This document shows, piece after piece, positions 61,132 through 64,000 of a stretch of DNA of 64,000 nt. The stretch comes from Fistulifera solaris (lineage: Eukaryota). The notes under the pieces are model-generated. The model saw only the letters and a list, made by a program, of their open reading frames with translations. It did no database searches and was not told where the DNA came from. The stretch lies in the NCBI GenBank assembly GCA_030295235.1, contig AP026173.1:186001-250000 (forward strand). The letters run 5' to 3'. Both the position numbers and the translations under genes were made by a program. Every line of letters starts with the position of its first letter. Within the stretch, counting starts at the first letter, position 1.

Positions 61132-62361
61132 CTATAACATTTCGTGTCGCCGCCCTTGAGATTTCGAGCGCTCACTTCCTCGTGGTTCCTCATCGGCACT
61201 CGTTTTTCGCGATCTCGATGGTCTCCGAGGCGATTCGGCCGGCAGTCGCTCCGTCGTCTGTGCGGGAGCGCTCTTGACGGAACGATTCTCGTTCGATCTT
61301 TGGTGAACTTTTTGTGCGTCCAAGACATTCGCCAGCGACTTGGGTTTCTTTTTGGCCACTCGAATCATAATTTTGCCCGCCGCGTTGGTTTCCACCATTC
61401 CGCTTTCGATGGCTTTCCGAAGATCGGCACTGGCGGCGACTTTCTTTACCACTCTTCGTCGCGGAGACTTTTTCGGGGTATCCTCGACGAGAGTCGCTTT
61501 GGTCTCACTGGATGTAGTAGCAGTGTCGTCGGAAGTAGTCAAATTGTCTTTTTCGGTCGACGCATGTAGCATGTGCGCCAAAACAGCATCCAAATTTTGG
61601 GTATCGCTTTCCTGATGCGACTTTTCACCGACTTTCTTTCTTCGGCTTAGAGACCGCGTTTTCTCTCGTGGCTTCTGACTCGGAGAAGTCCTAGTTGCAG
61701 ACGACTCAAGATCAGCAATTCTCTTTTTATGAGCACTGGATGTTCGACGCCGTGGAGTTGTGGATCCCTCCGTCTTAAGATTTTCGTTCGGTGTTTCTCT
61801 CCTAGGTTGCGTTTTCGATGCATCCTCGCCTCTTGATTTGCGACGAGTGCTACTCAACGGATCAAACGATGAATCGAAGGGTTCCCAGACGGCACTTGAC
61901 AACACATCTTCTGCTGTAGTTTTGCTGCTTGGCTTATTTCGAGTATTCCGACTCCGCCCACGCACGTTCGGTCCATTCTCCCCACGATCGCGGCTGGGTC
62001 GATGCGACTGTTCGGAGTGAAAGACTGCCTCATCATTCGCTACAAAGTCGTCCGGAAACGGATGTTCCGATTCTTCGGGCCACTCGGTGGCCTCGAAGTG
62101 TCCTGCCTCGTCGTCCTGACTTTTACTACTATCTTCTACGGTAGCAAAGTCTCCAAAGTCGGCCGCCGCAAAGATATCCGATAGGTGACTGTCGTGAAAT
62201 GCGGCCATTGTGTTTGCTTCGCGTTGCTGATTGAGTTCGGCGACCAAGGTATTCAAATCCTCCAAAGGAACGTCCCCATTTTGAATTAAACCTTGCAAGG
62301 TTTGAAAGAGCGTTTCCCGTTCGTCCGGTGCCAATCTTCTCGAGGTAGCCGTTTGCATCAT
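61132..62361 (-). CDS. Hypothetical low-complexity (Ser/Arg/Glu/Lys-rich) protein
   Basis: 409-aa ATG ORF with disordered composition. Confidence 0.6.
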   Translation of the reverse strand: MMQTATSRRLAPDERETLFQTLQGLIQNGDVPLEDLNTLVAELNQQREANTMAAFHDSHLSDIFAAADFGDFATVEDSSKSQDDEAGHFEATEWPEESEHPFPDDFVANDEAVFHSEQSHRPSRDRGENGPNVRGRSRNTRNKPSSKTTAEDVLSSAVWEPFDSSFDPLSSTRRKSRGEDASKTQPRRETPNENLKTEGSTTPRRRTSSAHKKRIADLESSATRTSPSQKPREKTRSLSRRKKVGEKSHQESDTQNLDAVLAHMLHASTEKDNLTTSDDTATTSSETKATLVEDTPKKSPRRRVVKKVAASADLRKAIESGMVETNAAGKIMIRVAKKKPKSLANVLDAQKVHQRSNENRSVKSAPAQTTERLPAESPRRPSRSRKTSADEEPRGSERSKSQGRRHEML

Positions 62362-63173
62362 TCTGGGTTTCGAAAATCAATGGATGTGAACTTTTGAAGT
62401 GAATGATGGACGAAAGATTGTGCTATGCTTCCCCAGTTAGAGTGTGAAGTGTGAAGAAGGATGAGAATGATGACATGGCGCCGCGACGAAAGCGTGAGGT
62501 TGTTTGGATCAAGCGGGGCGGGGATCGGGAAAGCGCTCGGAAAAAGTCGGAACAGTCACTAACTGTACTAATTGCGACTACAAGATTCCGTGAACGGTAC
62601 TCGATAGTTAAGCCATTGATTCGGACGCTTCCTTATTTCATAATAGGGTATGAACAAAACAGTAGATGCTTGGTATAATTGCATCATTACATAGTATATT
62701 TCCAATCCGCTGTTGTTCACGTTGCCGGGCAATCTTCAATGATGGCAAAATGACTCTATTTCCCAATAGTAGACCTATCTGATCGTAATGTCGAAGCGGC
62801 TTTATGGCTTCGTGCTTCGTTGTCTTTTATAGTATTGCCCGTTGTTGTTTGGCGCCAGAATGGATAGTGTTGAGTGTTGAGGAAGAAAATTAACGGTGCG
62901 CTTAACGCTCGAGGCCCAATGAAACGCGAAGCTTGAGGTCGTCCGAGATCAATAAAAGGTCGTACAGGTACTCAAAGGACATCTTCCACGTTTCATTCCC
63001 CAGACACGATCCGGAAATAATTTATTGCATCGAAGAAACGAATGAATCCAAGCAGTTTGCTTCACATCGTAAAGCCATTTTTTTGAGGTGCAACACCGAC
63101 ATAACGTACCTTAAAGCTCGAACGTACGGGGCGGCGACTCTATTGTAAACAAAGAAGAAACGAAGCACTCAAC

Positions 63174-64000
63174 ATGACACGCTGCATCTCACGATCGATC
63201 CATCTGTTCTATTTGTTGGTGGCATGTTCCCACGCTTACATGACTCTGCCATGGCGTCCCGAACAATATCCTCATCCCGATCTGGATGCTCGGGTTTGTC
63301 GGACGGAATATCATCGTTTTTGTGATCCAGATCAAATATTGATGGAATCGGAAATTCAAAGTGTCGAAGCGTATTTACGAAAGGATCGGCGTCTCGAATG
63401 TCAGGAAAACATGTATGAAGTCCAATTTGGCGTTGCGATTGTGAAACAAGTGAGTTCGACAGATATGAGTCGGTTGTGACGATGAAATTTCCGGGCTCAC
63501 TTCATCTTTGTGTTTGTACAGATGGAATTGAATGGTTCTTTGGCACTGAACGCCGCCGAAGCCTTTGCTCGTACCATTCATGACAGTTGGGGCGTTGGGC
63601 AACAAACATCCTGTGGGGACACGGGAGCCTTGTTGTTTTTGAGTGAACACGATCGGACTCTGTATATTTCACGGGGCAGTGCCCTGGAGACGTACTTGAC
63701 GAATGCGCGCATCGACAAGATTGTCGCAGCGATGCGTCCCTATTTGCGAAAACAGCAATACGGACGCGCCATTTTGGAAGGATTACGACAAATGGATCAC
63801 TGGATGGAACAAGGACCCGCCACCGAAGATGAGAATAGCCCCGGTTGGGCTCCCGTCGTGATTGTCGTAATCTTTGTGGCCGTCTTTGTCGGCGTGGTCG
63901 TGTATGCCGCTCAGGAACAGAAACGAGAACGCGAACAATATGCCCGAATACAATATCATTTGAGTGAACTGGATCAACAACAAGCACAAGCGAAGCAGGG
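63174..64000 (+). CDS. TPM-domain (MOLO-1/TLP18.3-like) membrane protein, truncated by the window end; intron 63450-63521
   Basis: Signal peptide, YPHP..C..FCDPDQIL, then AEAFARTIHDSWGVG..GALLFLS..DRTLYISRG..MRPYLRKQQYGRAILEG, followed by a TM helix. Confidence 0.8.

Overview
Eukaryotic, gene-dense, intron-poor nuclear DNA, most consistent with a pennate diatom (stramenopile). Evidence: short GT-AG introns, bipartite signal+transit presequences with an A|W or A|F cleavage site, and PTxAP and RxL motifs. The assembly appears to carry many single-base indels, so most long genes are split across several ORFs. Content in order: a low-complexity protein; a ~12.4-kb HUWE1/Tom1-type HECT E3 ligase; a small membrane protein; a Mn-type SOD with signal + transit + twin-arginine presequence; a fatty-acid-hydroxylase/sterol-desaturase-family gene; a ~13-kb giant secreted beta-helix/EGF/Ig/FN3 mosaic gene bracketed by a ~600-bp direct duplication of the hydroxylase 3' half; two small related orphan proteins; a head-to-head pair of signal-peptide PP2C phosphatases; Rtf2; PhoD; a 2OG-Fe(II)-like oxygenase; an apparent UvrB-UvrC fusion with an organelle-targeting leader; an aldo-keto-reductase-like protein; two related Tyr/Gly-rich secreted proteins, one built from symmetric phase-2 mini/micro-exons; a cNMP-regulated (PKG-like) kinase; a low-complexity protein; and a TPM/MOLO-1-like gene running off the end. 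The strongest novelty candidates are the Tyr/Gly-rich micro-exon protein pair, the trimmed UvrBC fusion, and the giant adhesin-like gene in its duplication-bounded block. All domain calls are motif recognition by eye; no database searches were run.
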